Part shown: positions 41,648 through 53,782 of the stretch, in pieces
Layout of the letters: every line of letters starts with the position of its first letter
How positions within the stretch are numbered: position 1 is the first letter of the stretch
Assembly: GCA_951406725.2 (NCBI GenBank)
Contig: OX597814.1
Span: 185,628,001-185,692,000 of the forward strand
From: Octopus vulgaris
Taxonomy: Eukaryota
Length of the DNA stretch: 64,000 bases
Direction of reading: 5' to 3'
Translations under genes and position numbers: made by a program
Notes under the pieces: generated by a model
Databases searched by the model: none
Seen by the model: only the letters and a program-made list of their open reading frames with translations
What the model was told of the DNA's origin: nothing

Positions 41648-41894
41648 GCTGAATTCTGGTTTTAAAATGCTCGCTTTGAGAGTTGTATTCACTCATATTC
41701 AGTACATTGTGTTTATTTATTTTGGTAGTTTTGACTTTAAGAGCCCCTCCTAGCATGTGGCATTTATGTATAGTAATGCCCTCAATATAAATATATAGAT
41801 AGATAGGTAGATTCAAATGAATATGGTACTTAAGTTGAGGCACCAGAATTTAGTATGGTATTATCCATACAATTTCAAAGTAAGGTGATTAAAA

Positions 41895-42338
41895 TCAAAA
41901 TAAGCAACAAAGATATACAAAGGTAATGAAGTATGATCGTTTCATGCAACTCCATTTAATTGAAAAATGCAACCATTACATCAATTTAAAATGTAGAGCA
42001 ATCTTCAGCTGCACAAAGACTAGAATTTAATTAAATTAGAACAGATTGACATATTAGTATAATTATACCTAAAATCTCCAAGAAGTTAAGGAGATAGACA
42101 AAGAACATGTCTCTACTTCAGCATAGAAGTTACCCTATCTCCTTAACTTCTTGGAGACTTTAGGCATAATTATACTAATGTGTCCATCTGTTCTAATTTA
42201 ATTAAATTCTATGTCTTTGTGCTGCTGAAGATTGCTCTGCATTTTAAATTGATGTAATGGTTGCAGTGTTCAATTAAATGGAGTTGCATGAAACAATTGT
42301 ACTGCATTACCTCTGGATATCCTTGTTGCCTATTTTGA
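41895..42338. mobile_element. Penelope-like fold-back element: ~200 bp inverted arms, each with a hammerhead (41927-42013 minus; 42220-42306 plus)
   Basis: Arms 41895-42097 and 42135-42338 are reverse complements. Two-arm consensus: tgcag-CTGAAGA-ttgc...gcat-GAAA-cgatcg-TA-ctgca. Confidence 0.75.
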
Positions 42339-42949
42339 ATATATATATATATGACAGAATTCTTGTTGAGTTTCCATCTGCAAAATCCACTCAGATGGCT
42401 TGGATTGGTCTAAGAGTACAGTAGTGAAACAGAACCCCAAACCACATGGTTTTGAAGTAAACTTCTTAACCACAAGACCATGCTTGAAGCACACACATAA
42501 GTAAACACACGCATACAGATACACATGTCCAGTTATGACATCATTGTTGTCATGTCCATTTATCCATGTGTGCATAGGTCAAACAGGTAATTGCAGTTCA
42601 CATTGGTTCTTATTTGGAGTTACTGCCTTCCTAGATGAGTAGTCTAAGCTACATACATTGCTCATACGTTCCATATTTGATTATGGTGTCCATACCTGAA
42701 CGTGCTTGTACATCATATTACAAACCACTTTAAAGAGTGTGTACTGTATGCAGTTTATGGAGCCATCAGCAGAGGAGAGGTTATCCCATGTGAGCAGAGC
42801 TAAAGGGTAACATCAGTTATCATTTAGAGCTTACTATTCCCTTAGACTGGGATCCTGTGATGTATAGTTTGGGTGGGTGTATGAATATGTGTGTGTGTGT
42901 GTGTGTTATGTATGTATGATATATGTATGTATGTATAAATATATATATA

Positions 42950-43945
42950 TTATAAAGGGCTTAGTAAAATAAATTACTTTGCCACATACTGAACTCATTA
43001 GAAATAGCAGCCAAAAAAAATTTTTTAGCCATTTCTAATACTTAAAGAAAATTTCTCTCAGATAGTGTTTACTCAAAATAACCCACGAAGGTATGGGGGT
43101 AAAAACATTAAAAAATCACAAGTGCAAAGATTATTTGAGAACGTACGTTTCTAGATCAGCCAAATACAATTCGACATTTCTTTCGTCAGCTCAAAATTTC
43201 TTAATTCGGACTTGTAAACACTGAAAGTAGGAGCATACCCTTTTGGCGACTTTTCACCTCCGAAGATCCGTTCAAACTAACAGTGCCAACAAATTCAAAT
43301 GCCTTAAATGGTCCCTTTACATACTGAATACTTGGTGAAATTGATTAATAATTAATTAATTTTACCCTCAATTGTTGAAATTATAATTCATTTCTCTCTG
43401 TTTAATGCTTCGGTTTTCACCGATAAAACATGGTGTTTGCTAATTTAGCCCACGTGGGTGGAAGGGGAGGGCAGAAATTCTTCGCTTGCATATTTTGAAT
43501 TTGTTGGCACTGTTAGTTTGAACGGATCTTCGGAGGTGAAAAGTCGCCAAAAGGGTATGCTCCTACTTTCAGTGTTTACAAGTCCGAATTAAGAAATTTT
43601 GAGCTGACGAAAGAAATGTCGAATTGTATTTGGCTGATCTAGAAACGTGCGTTCTCAAATAATCTTTGCACTTGTGATTTTTTTGAATGTTTTTACCCCA
43701 TACCTTCGTGGGTTATTTTGAGTAAACACTATCTGAGAGAAATTTTCTTTAAGTATTAGAAATGGCTAAAAAAATTTTTTTTGGCTGCTATTTCTAATGA
43801 GTTCAGTATGTGGCAAAGTAATTTATTTTACTAAGCCCTTTATAAAATGTAATATTTTGAATTCGCCTTAAATGGTCCCTTTACATACTGAATACTTGGT
43901 GAAATTGATTAATAATTAATTAATTTTACCCTCAATTGTTGAAAT
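42950..43945 (+). mobile_element. Penelope/retrozyme-like element: 564 bp unit with 81 bp terminal direct repeat and ~350 bp inverted arm; hammerheads at 43598-43659 (+) and 43134-43195 (-)
   Basis: Inverted arms 42950-43299 and 43494-43845 are nearly identical; direct repeats at 43301-43381 and 43865-43945; (TA)n on both flanks. Motif tttgag-CTGACGA...GAAA-cgtrcg-TT-ctcaaa. Confidence 0.8.
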
Positions 43946-44095
43946 ATATATATATATATATATGATTTGAAAACCCCACTAGAATGGGAGAAAGCGCTAA
44001 TAATCTGAATGATATGATATATATATGTAAAAAATGTAATATATAAATAAATATCTATAAATATGAACCATCCGATCTTCTGATTACCTCATTTC

Positions 44096-44131
<36 letters not shown>

Positions 44132-44525
44132 AAACTGACAGTTGCTATGGTCACTGATACAGTAATACTGGCTGCAGTCCAGTATAAATTCAAAAGGTGA
44201 CTAATGACAGTTACATAACTCTGAAGATATGACAATGTAACCCTTACATAACTGATTCTTTGTCAATGGAAAGTGTAAGATGACACTAAATAATTTATGA
44301 ACAAATTCTCTCACCTATCTATCTATTTATCTATCTCTTGACAGATACATACATACACACATACATACATACATACATACATACATATTTATATATGGAT
44401 ATTTTTCAGCTTCTGTCAACTGAATCCAGGGGCTACAGTACTTGCTCAGGGTGCTGTACAGAGGGACTATGCCACAAGACCATATGGTAGGGAAGCAAGC
44501 TTCTCAAACACACAGCAATACCATG

Positions 44526-44526
<1 letters not shown>

Positions 44527-44580
<54 letters not shown>

Positions 44581-44592
44581 GGAGGGAGAGAA

Positions 44593-44623
<31 letters not shown>

Positions 44624-44668
44624 GAGTCAATTAGATTGATATACCAATCAGTTAGTAGATAGATAGAT

Positions 44669-44711
<43 letters not shown>

Positions 44712-44720
44712 TGGATAAAC

Positions 44721-44771
<51 letters not shown>

Positions 44772-44878
44772 CAGAAAGATAGACATATAGATAAATAGAT
44801 ATATAGATAGACAGAAAGATAGACATATAGATAAATAGATAGATAGATAGATAGACAGAAAGATAGACATATAGATAA

Positions 44879-44911
<33 letters not shown>

Positions 44912-44945
44912 TAGACAAATATATTATATATATATATATGTATAC
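44527..44945. repeat. (TA)n-(GA)n-(AGAC)n-(AGAT)n compound microsatellite with higher-order unit
   Basis: agatagacagaaagatagacatatagataaatagat occurs three times. Confidence 0.9.
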
Positions 44946-45484
44946 ACACGCACAAACACACACTTATATATATATATACATACATACATGCACATATGAC
45001 ACAAATACACACACAGAGTAAAACAGGATACATTTAAATACGACACATGAACAATATTAAAAAGGAAAACGAAAACGAAATAAAATAAAAATACAATTCC
45101 AAACAAGGATATGTCTTTGGAATATTGCTGTGCAATATGTTGTCAGTCATCAGTCATTCCAGGAAACAAAGAACAGTAGCACTACAGTAATAAACAACGG
45201 TGGTGGAATTGATGATAAACACTGCCGCAATGACTTGCTCATGTGGGTGAGTGATACCGTTCTTGTGGTTGATGCTGCTGCTACTGCTACTGCTGCTGAT
45301 GCTACTATTGTCATTGCTGCTGCTGCTACTGCTATTATTGATGATGGTGGTGGTGGTGGTGGTGGTGTTTATAGCAGTCGCAGAACGGCAGCAAGCAGCA
45401 AATTCTCGAAGTGACAGTTGCTGCTGTAATAATTTGTGAAAGCAGCAGCAAAAGCAACATCACAAGAACGCAGAAAAATTAAAA

Positions 45485-45945
<461 letters not shown>

Positions 45946-46756
45946 GTTTTTGCGCAATCCCTTTTTAATGGGATTGCTTTTTTGAAAGCATATATGTGTA
46001 TATCAGAGCAAATGATAGGATTTGTGTGGTGTGTGTGTGAGTGTGTGTGTATGTGTATGTGTGTATGTGTGTGTTTGTGTGTGTCTGTGTATGCATGTGT
46101 ATACACCTGTACATCTATCTGTGTATGTGTGTTTGTATGCATGCGTACATGCTTGTACATCTGTATGCATGTGTGTATATATGCATGTGTCTGTATGTGT
46201 GTGTGCATGTGTGCATACATGCGTCTGTATGTGTGTCTGGGTAGTGTGTTGATGGTAACGGAGGGTGTTAAAGATATGCTGATATAACATCAGTGTATGC
46301 ACACCACCAAGTATGTTACTTCACCCGCCATTGGAACCCCACTATCGAGCAGAGACTTGGGCCTTTGCTGTACCAATGCTAAACCATGGCATGCTGGAAC
46401 AGATTGGCAGTCAATTAAATTGACCCCGGTAACTTGACCCTTCAAAGATGAAAGACAACACTGACCTCAGTGGGATTTGAACTCGGATCATAAAGAGCAG
46501 TAACTAAACACTGCAAGTCATTTTGTTCAATGATCGAATGGTTTTGATAATCCATGTCCCTTATGATGACGATGATGATGATGTGGGATGATGATGATCT
46601 TTTTTATTTGCCACAGGGGTTTTAGATGAAGGGGACTTTACAAGAATAGGTCACAATTTGTGTGGAGCTTTACATAAAAGATGAAGGGAAGAAAGAGTGA
46701 GGTGGGGTAAATGAGATAAAAAGTATGCTGACGATACAAAATATGTGAACACATGT

Positions 46757-46853
46757 GAGGGAACCTGTGGAAGAGGTAGACCCAGGAAGACCTGGGATGA
46801 GGTGGTGAAGCATGACCTTTGAACATTGGGCTTCACCGAGGCAATAACTAGAG
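46757..46853 (+). mobile_element. RTE LINE ORF C-terminal fragment
   Basis: EGTCGRGRPRKTWDEVVKHDL*TLGFTEA, near-identical to the 50620-50823 peptide. Confidence 0.85.
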
Positions 46854-47099
46854 GTAATGCAGTCCTTCTAAAACAGAAGCTCCAGTTTGAGCCAATTAAT
46901 GAATTTCATAGATCCAGGCTCACCCTGACCACCAAAGGCACAAGTTGTCGCCAAACTGTTGATCTCCACTCTACAGGTGCATTCATGCTAGCCCTTTTTG
47001 CCATAGAGACACTTTCTTTTGAGAAATTCCCCGGGAGAGAGAGAACTTACCCTTTCACTTAACTCTCCCACTCAAGTGGAACTTAAAAAAGTTGATATG

Positions 47100-48360
47100 G
47101 GCTTGATCAAAGAGGAAAGTGTCGATCTTTAATCCTTTCTGTCTTGTCCACGACACAATCTATTTTGCCATAGCCACTCAACAGTGGAATGTTACCTACC
47201 CTGTGGTAGGTAACATAATGGATTAAGCTGATAACCAGATTAATTCTAGACAAGATAATAGCTGTTTTATGTAACACCACACGATGGTAATGTTCGGACA
47301 CTGCATGAGTATGTGCAGAATGGTTAAGTTACTGTGCATGCATCTTGGACAGTTTCACTGTGGCAGCACTTCCATCCCTGTAGAATTTATCTTGAACCAA
47401 TAATGTCCCTTGGTAGCACTGACACATCAAGGACTTCTTATATCTTTATTGCTCACAAGGGCTAAATATAGAGGGGACAAACAAGGACAGACAAAGGGGT
47501 TAAGTCGATTACATCAACACCAGTGTGTAACTGGTACTTAATTTATTGACCCCGAAGGATGAAAGGCAAAGTTGACCTTGGCGGGATTTGAACTCAGAAT
47601 GTAACAGTAGATGAAATAACGCTATGCATTTCGCCCAGTGTGCTAATGTTTCTGCCAGCTCGTCACCTTGAGTCCACCAAGGACTTCTGGCAGTTATTCA
47701 TGGTACTCCCAGACCCAGAAGCCTTCTGAAACAGACTAGCTACCTCATCCTTGTCAATACCCAGAGTTTCCTCAAGAATATTACCATTCTTGCCTACCCA
47801 CTATATCTCTATATACAGCTAATGTAGAACTTCTGTCAAGTAAATTGACTGACTGGTAGAGTGTAGGGAAGTGAATCTGCTGATATTCCGGGTGCCAGGC
47901 ACCCAATCTTGGTCTTTTCATAACCAAGGGCTGCAGCTCCCTCAAATAGATGAGCCACAGAAAAACATGTCTTATAAATAGAGACCAAGCCTGCTCCAAT
48001 ATCCAGGAAAATCTACAGGTGGCACAGCCTCAGTGTGTGTCTGCACATCAGTAACAACAGTATGCAAAGCCCACCCCCTGGAGAGTGTTGGCAACAGATG
48101 GACTACAGGAAGCAGAAAATCAGACACTCCAATCAGACCAAAAGAAGACTGGGGCAAAGCACAGCAGTCAGGTAATAAGTCATGAAAGCAATGATGTAGG
48201 CATTCACCACTTCTGCACAACCTTTCAGGAATACATTCCACTCAGCCCATTTCTGAGTGTGGCTGTCCACCCTGCTCATAAACTTAATCCCAGTTTCTGT
48301 CTCCCTGGAAATCTAGACCAAACTGGACCCCAAGCAATTTGATCAGTCTGTCCATTCAAT
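47100..48360 (-). mobile_element. Tx1/L1-clade LINE 3' remnant interrupted by a family B SINE (47439-47677)
   Basis: Decayed IKLLGVQFG...NWD...QKWAEWNVFLKGCAEVVNAYI...LIFCFL*, a GG-L motif, and the zinc-knuckle relic MCMHSNLTILHILMQCPNITIVW. The SINE has an 11-bp TSD caaggacttct. Confidence 0.75.
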
Positions 48361-48429
48361 AACCCACCATACAGTTTGACAGCATAAACTTGCCTCTCCA
48401 TGTGTCAAGCTGCAAGCCCTCTGACACGT

Positions 48430-48650
48430 TCTTTCTTTTTTTTATTCTTTTATTTGTTTCAGTCATTTGACTGTGGCCATGCTGGAGCACCACCTTTAGT
48501 CGAGCAAATCGACCCCAGGACTTATTCTTTGTAAGCCTAGTACTTATTCTATCGGGCTCTCTTGCTGAACCGCTAACTGACGGGGACGTAAACATCAGGG
48601 ACCAGCTTTAGTTGTCAAGCAATGTTGAGGGGACAAACACAGACACACAA

Positions 48651-48730
<80 letters not shown>

Positions 48731-48893
48731 GATGGGCTTCTTTCAGTTTCCGTCTACCAAATCCACTCACAAGGCTTTGGTTGGCCCGAGGTTATAGTAG
48801 AAGACACTTGCCCAAGGTGCCACACAGTGGGACTGAACCAAGAACCATGTGGTTGGTAAGCAAGCTACTTACCACACAGCCACTCCTGCGCCT
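48430..48893 (-). mobile_element. SINE family A, full length
   Basis: As for 29632-30026. Further copies at ~19461-19910, 26670-27010, 33025-33420, 35535-35952, 54650-55051 and 57717-58100. Confidence 0.9.
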
Positions 48894-49874
48894 TACATCC
48901 GGATTTTTTGTTTGTTTGTTTGTTTGTACATTGGGAAAGATGCTTCTCAGCGTTTCTTCTGACCTTCACATTCTGAGTTCAAATCCTGCTCGGTTTGACT
49001 TTGTCATTCGTCATTTCCAGGTCAATGAAATTAATACCAGTTGAGCACTGGTGTTGAATATAATCAACAAGCTCTCCCACCACACACACACACACACAGA
49101 TTTTCAGGCCTTTCACTTATTGTAGAAAGGATTATTGTTATTAGAATGGTAAACTAGCAGAATCATTAGCACATTGGGGGAAAATGCTTAATGGCATTTC
49201 CTGTGGTATTTCCTGTGGCATTTCTGAGTTCAATTACCAGTCAGGTCAACTTTATTTTTTGTGCTTTTAGAGTCATGAAAATAAAGTACCACTTAAACAG
49301 TGGACTCAATGTAATCAACTTACTCTCTCTCTTCCCCTAAAATTTCAGGCCTTGTGCCAACATCTGAAATAATTATAATTGTTATTATCATAAGAAGTAG
49401 CAAGATTCTGCCAGTTTTCTGCCTTTTCTGTTGTTTCTAACTTAGGCACAAGGCCAGCAATTTTAAGGGGTGAGATTAGCCAATACCATCAACCCCAATA
49501 TTTGACAGGTACTTTATTTTACTAGTGGAGGCACATGGCCAAGCGATTAGAGCAGCGGACTTGCAGTCGAGGTATCACAGGTTCGAATCTCAGACTGGGC
49601 GATTTGTGTGTTTATGAGCGAAACACCTCAGCTCCACATGGCTCCAGTAGAAGGTAATGGCAAACTTCTGCTGACTCTTTCACCACAACTTTCTCTCACT
49701 CTTTCTTCCTTTTCGTTGCATCTTGCAACCTTTTCAATAGTCTTGTGAAAAGGTTGCAAGATGCAACGAAAATTTTAGGAAAATAAAATTAAGAAATAAG
49801 TAGAAATTTTACCAGCGAGTGTGTTACATTATAAGGCACAAAAAGAAAATTACTCTCCCCAGACACAACAGACC

Positions 49875-50840
49875 ATCATCATTATTATCATCATCATTAT
49901 TATCATCATTATCATCATCATCATCATAAGTTAACGGCTGCTTTCCATGCTGGTATGGGTTGGACGGTTTGACTGAAAACTGGTAAGCTGGGGGTCTGCA
50001 CTAGGTTTCGATCTGATTTGGCAAGGTTTCTATAACTGGATGCCCTTCCTAACATGAACCACTCCAAGAGTGTAGTGGGTGTTTTTTACGTGCCACTGGT
50101 ATGGATGCCTATAACCTGACAGCAGTATCAGCCACGACTATGTCCCACTTGGTCTAAACAAGCACAGTGTATCGCCAAAGGTCTTGGTCATCAGTCACTG
50201 CTTCCATGAGGCCCAATGCTTAAATGGTGCTTTTTACATGCCACTAGCACAGGTGCCAGTCAGACGTCACTAGCATCGGCCATGACTATGATTTCACTCA
50301 ATTCAACAGGTCTTCACAAGCACAACATATCATCTAGGGATTGAAGGATGCTTTCAGAGGGCCAGTTACGTGACACTAGCATCTGTTACAATAATGATCT
50401 CACTTGGTTTGATGTCACTGTCTCCATGAGACCCAGCATTTGAATGGTGCTTTTTATGTGCCACTGGCATGGGTGCCAGTCAAATAGCACTGGCATTGGC
50501 CATGATTACAATTACACTCGGTTCAACCAGGCTTCACAAGCACAGCATATTGCCCAATGACCGAAGTGTGCTTTTAACGGGCCAGCTACATGACACTGGC
50601 ATCGGCCATGACTATGACCTCACTTGGCTTGACAGGTCTTCTCAAGCACAGCATATCTCCAAAGGTCCCAGTCACTTGTCTTTGCTTCTGTGAGGCCCAA
50701 TATTCGAAGATTGTGCTTCACCACCTCGTCCCATGTTTTCCTGGGTCTACCTCTTCCACAGGTTCCCTCTACTTTTAGAGTGCAACACTTCTTCACACAG
50801 CTCTTCTCATCCATACACATCACATGACCATACCAGCAGT
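49875..50840 (-). mobile_element. RTE-clade LINE 3' end: ORF C-terminus, ~690 bp 3' UTR with internal sub-repeats, (GAT)n tail
   Basis: WYGHVMCMDEKSCVKKCCTLKVEGTCGRGRPRKTWDEVVKHNL...W. The UTR ends in ttaggaagggcatcca...gtccaacccataccagcatggaaagc...(gat)n. Short copies of this terminus occur at ~2250, 29170, 52645, 56345, 58860, 60215, 60630 and 63400. Confidence 0.88.
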
Positions 50841-50949
50841 ATTTTCAATTGCATGAACTAAAAGTCGGAGGGGTATGGGATAAACTACCTGCATCAACTT
50901 ACTATAAAAGCAGGCAGTAATTTTACCTTGTCCTTATTCTTAGTGCAAG

Positions 50950-51892
50950 TTAAGCCAGTGTCAACAGCAGTTCCAGAAATTTCGAGCAGAAACTACAGCC
51001 TAGAAGATGAGCCGCATCCTGGAAGATCTGTAGAGCTCAATGAGGATGTCCTGCAAACCCTGGTGGAATAAAATCCCATTATAACTGTTGAGGAATTAGC
51101 AGAGAAGCTTGGATTTGGTCATTCAACCATTCATTGACACCTGCATGCCATCAGAAAAGTCAGTAAATTGGGTCATTAGCTTCCTCACAAAGTTTCTCAG
51201 TCTAATCATGTGCGGAGAGTGAATGTATGCTCTTCTTTATTGTCACATCTCATGAATGAACCCTTTTGGGACGGAATAGGGACGGGTGATAAGAAATGGG
51301 CTAGGACAAACACCAGCACTCCAGGTTAAAGAAGGTCTTCACCCACGTAAGGTGTTGTTATCTGTTTGGTGGGATATGAAAGGTTTAGTCCACTTTGAAC
51401 TTTTAAATCCAAACCAAACAATAACAAAGGAGATCTACTGTGAGCAGCTTGAGCAGCTTAAGTCAGTGCCAGAAGAAAAACGACCATCTTTGGTTTCAAG
51501 ACAAAGGTTTTCTTCCATCAGGATAATGCTTGGCCACATAAAGCGAGGATGACATTCCAAAGGTTGGAGTAAATTGAATGGGAAACAATGCTCCGCCCAC
51601 CATATTCACTGAACATTGCCACATCTGATTATCATTTATTCTAAAGTCTTCAAAATCATTGGGACACGAAAAAATCTGAATTCTGTAGATGAGGTCAGAA
51701 CAGTACTGGAGGAATATCTTTTGTCACTGACAAGTGAATTTTGGAAGAGGGGCCTTGCAAGTCTACCAGATAGATGGAAGAGGATTGTAGAAAATGAAGG
51801 AGAGTATATTTTAGATGAAAAAAGAACTTTATCTTAATTTTGTAAAATAAAAGAAGTATAAAAAAACACATTATTTATGGGGTGACCCAATA
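50950..51892 (+). mobile_element. mariner (DD34D) transposon remnant, 5' end missing
   Basis: FQKFRAENYSLEDEPHPGR...EELAEKLG...LPH...GTGDKKW / LHPRKVLLSVWWD / FHQDNAWPH / PPYSLNIATSDYHLF / GLASLPDRWKRIVENEGEY; 3' TIR ending ggtgacccaa-ta. Confidence 0.92.
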
Positions 51893-52502
51893 TATGTATT
51901 ATGTGTGTGTGTGCACGCACACATACACACACATGTGTGTGTTTTTTAAGTAGATCTAAATCAAAGTGTGTGTGCATCTGTGTGTACATGCATGTGTGAT
52001 TCCCATATTATTAATGTATAACTCTTTGTAGCCATGTTTTTGCATAACTAACTCTGCATGTCTGTGTGCATATGCATGTGGTATGCGCATGGGTGAGTGT
52101 GGGTGTAGTATAAATGAGTGTGAGAATTCATGTATGCACATGTTTTTGCATGTAAGCACGTTTCTTTTTTGTGCGTATACAAGTGCAAAAATGCGCATGC
52201 GTTTTGAGCTAGTATGTGAATACACATACGCTTTGTGTATACATGTGCATGTGTGCATGAGCGCTTGTGTGTGGCGTGTGTGAGTCTGTGCAGCTGTGCA
52301 CATTTCTTTTTTATTTCAGCGCATTTGTGCTGCACCACATGATGCAGAAGAATGCAATAGATTTTCTGTGTCATGAAATGCATTTATCTGCATTGCCCAG
52401 GTATGAAATTTGAAGCCTTGTACCAACGTCATAATGCGTGTGTGTACTCTGTGTGCGCGTGTGCGTGTGTGTGCGTGTGCGTGTGTGTGTGCGTGTGTGT
52501 GA

Positions 52503-52538
<36 letters not shown>

Positions 52539-52786
52539 TCACATCTGTATGAATGTATGAATGAACAAATCAAGAAAATAGCATTTTAACACAGTATTGT
52601 ATTTAATAACAGGTTGTTATATACACACACACATATATATATCATCATCATCATCGTTTAACGTCCGCCTTCCATGCTAGCATGGGTTGGACGATTTTGA
52701 CTGAGGGCTGACAAACCAGCCAGATGGCTGCACCAGGCTCCAATCTTGATCTGGCAGAGTTTCTACAGCTGGATGCCCTTCGTAAC

Positions 52787-52831
<45 letters not shown>

Positions 52832-52878
52832 GAGAAGGAGAGAGAGAGAAGGAGAGAGAGAGAAGGAGGGGTGTATAC

Positions 52879-53151
52879 GGGCATATGGCGTAGTGATTAA
52901 GAGCATAGGCTACTAATCCTAAGATTCCGAGTTCGATTCCAAGCAGTGACCTGAACAATAATAATAATAGCATCGAAAAATGCCTTAGGAATGAGAACCC
53001 AGGTTCGAAATTTCCCCAAGACACTTGAAAAAGGCTGGAGAATATATCATCTGAAACATTGTGTTAACAACAAACAAGATGAGGACAAATGTCCGTTGAA
53101 TGTAAATAATGTAAATAATACACATAATTCCTCATCTCTTAAATATAGAAC
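52879..53151 (+). mobile_element. tRNA-headed SINE-like element containing a decayed hammerhead (53020-53065)
   Basis: A box tggcgtagtga (52886), B box gagttcgattcc (52929), short (AAT)n, then gacac-TTGAAAA-a-ggctg...catct-GAAA-ca-TT-gtgtt. Body homologous to 37434-37575. Confidence 0.7.
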
Positions 53152-53562
53152 AATCGCTTCTTTGTTTTGACATTATGTAATACTTGTAAACGATGTCACT
53201 GTCACACAAGCAGTAACCATCATTTTCCAGTATTCTGTGAAACATGTCTGGTTATGGGCAGATATTGTTTTGTTTGGAAACAGGTGAGGTTTGGCAACAG
53301 GAAGAGCATCTGGGTTTAGAAAATTTGCCTCAACAAACTCTGTGTGACCTGTGCAGACATGGAAAAGTGGACGTTAAAATTATGATGAATGAAAAGCAAA
53401 CAGTACTGCTTCTGTGACAATGCTCTGATATGTAATATCAAGACAAGACACAGGAAACACACAACACACACACACACATATACACACACACATACACATG
53501 CGCACACACACACACAAACACATGCACATTCAAGCCTACACAAAAATGCATGCACACATTAA

Positions 53563-53782
53563 CCCTTTCATTACCAACCCAGCTGAAACTAGCTCTGGCT
53601 CTGTAGTACAAATGTCTTGTTTTCATAAGTTTTGAATTAAAATCTTCCACCAAACCTTAGTCGCGATTAATGTTCCTAACACTGCTCAATGATAACTAAG
53701 TTATTTTACTAAATTCTTTGTTATATTTAAAGTAATTGAAAGAAGCACAGAGCTTCTCAAAATAAAAACAGTAATGAAAGAG
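53563..53782 (+). mobile_element. piggyBac-like MITE family 1
   Basis: ttaa-ccctttcattacc...gtaatgaaagag-ctaa. Confidence 0.85.

Noticed and set aside
45100-45165. Minus-strand CTGATGA followed by the hairpin atattgcacagcaatat
   Set aside because: No GAAA and no stem I/III pairing.
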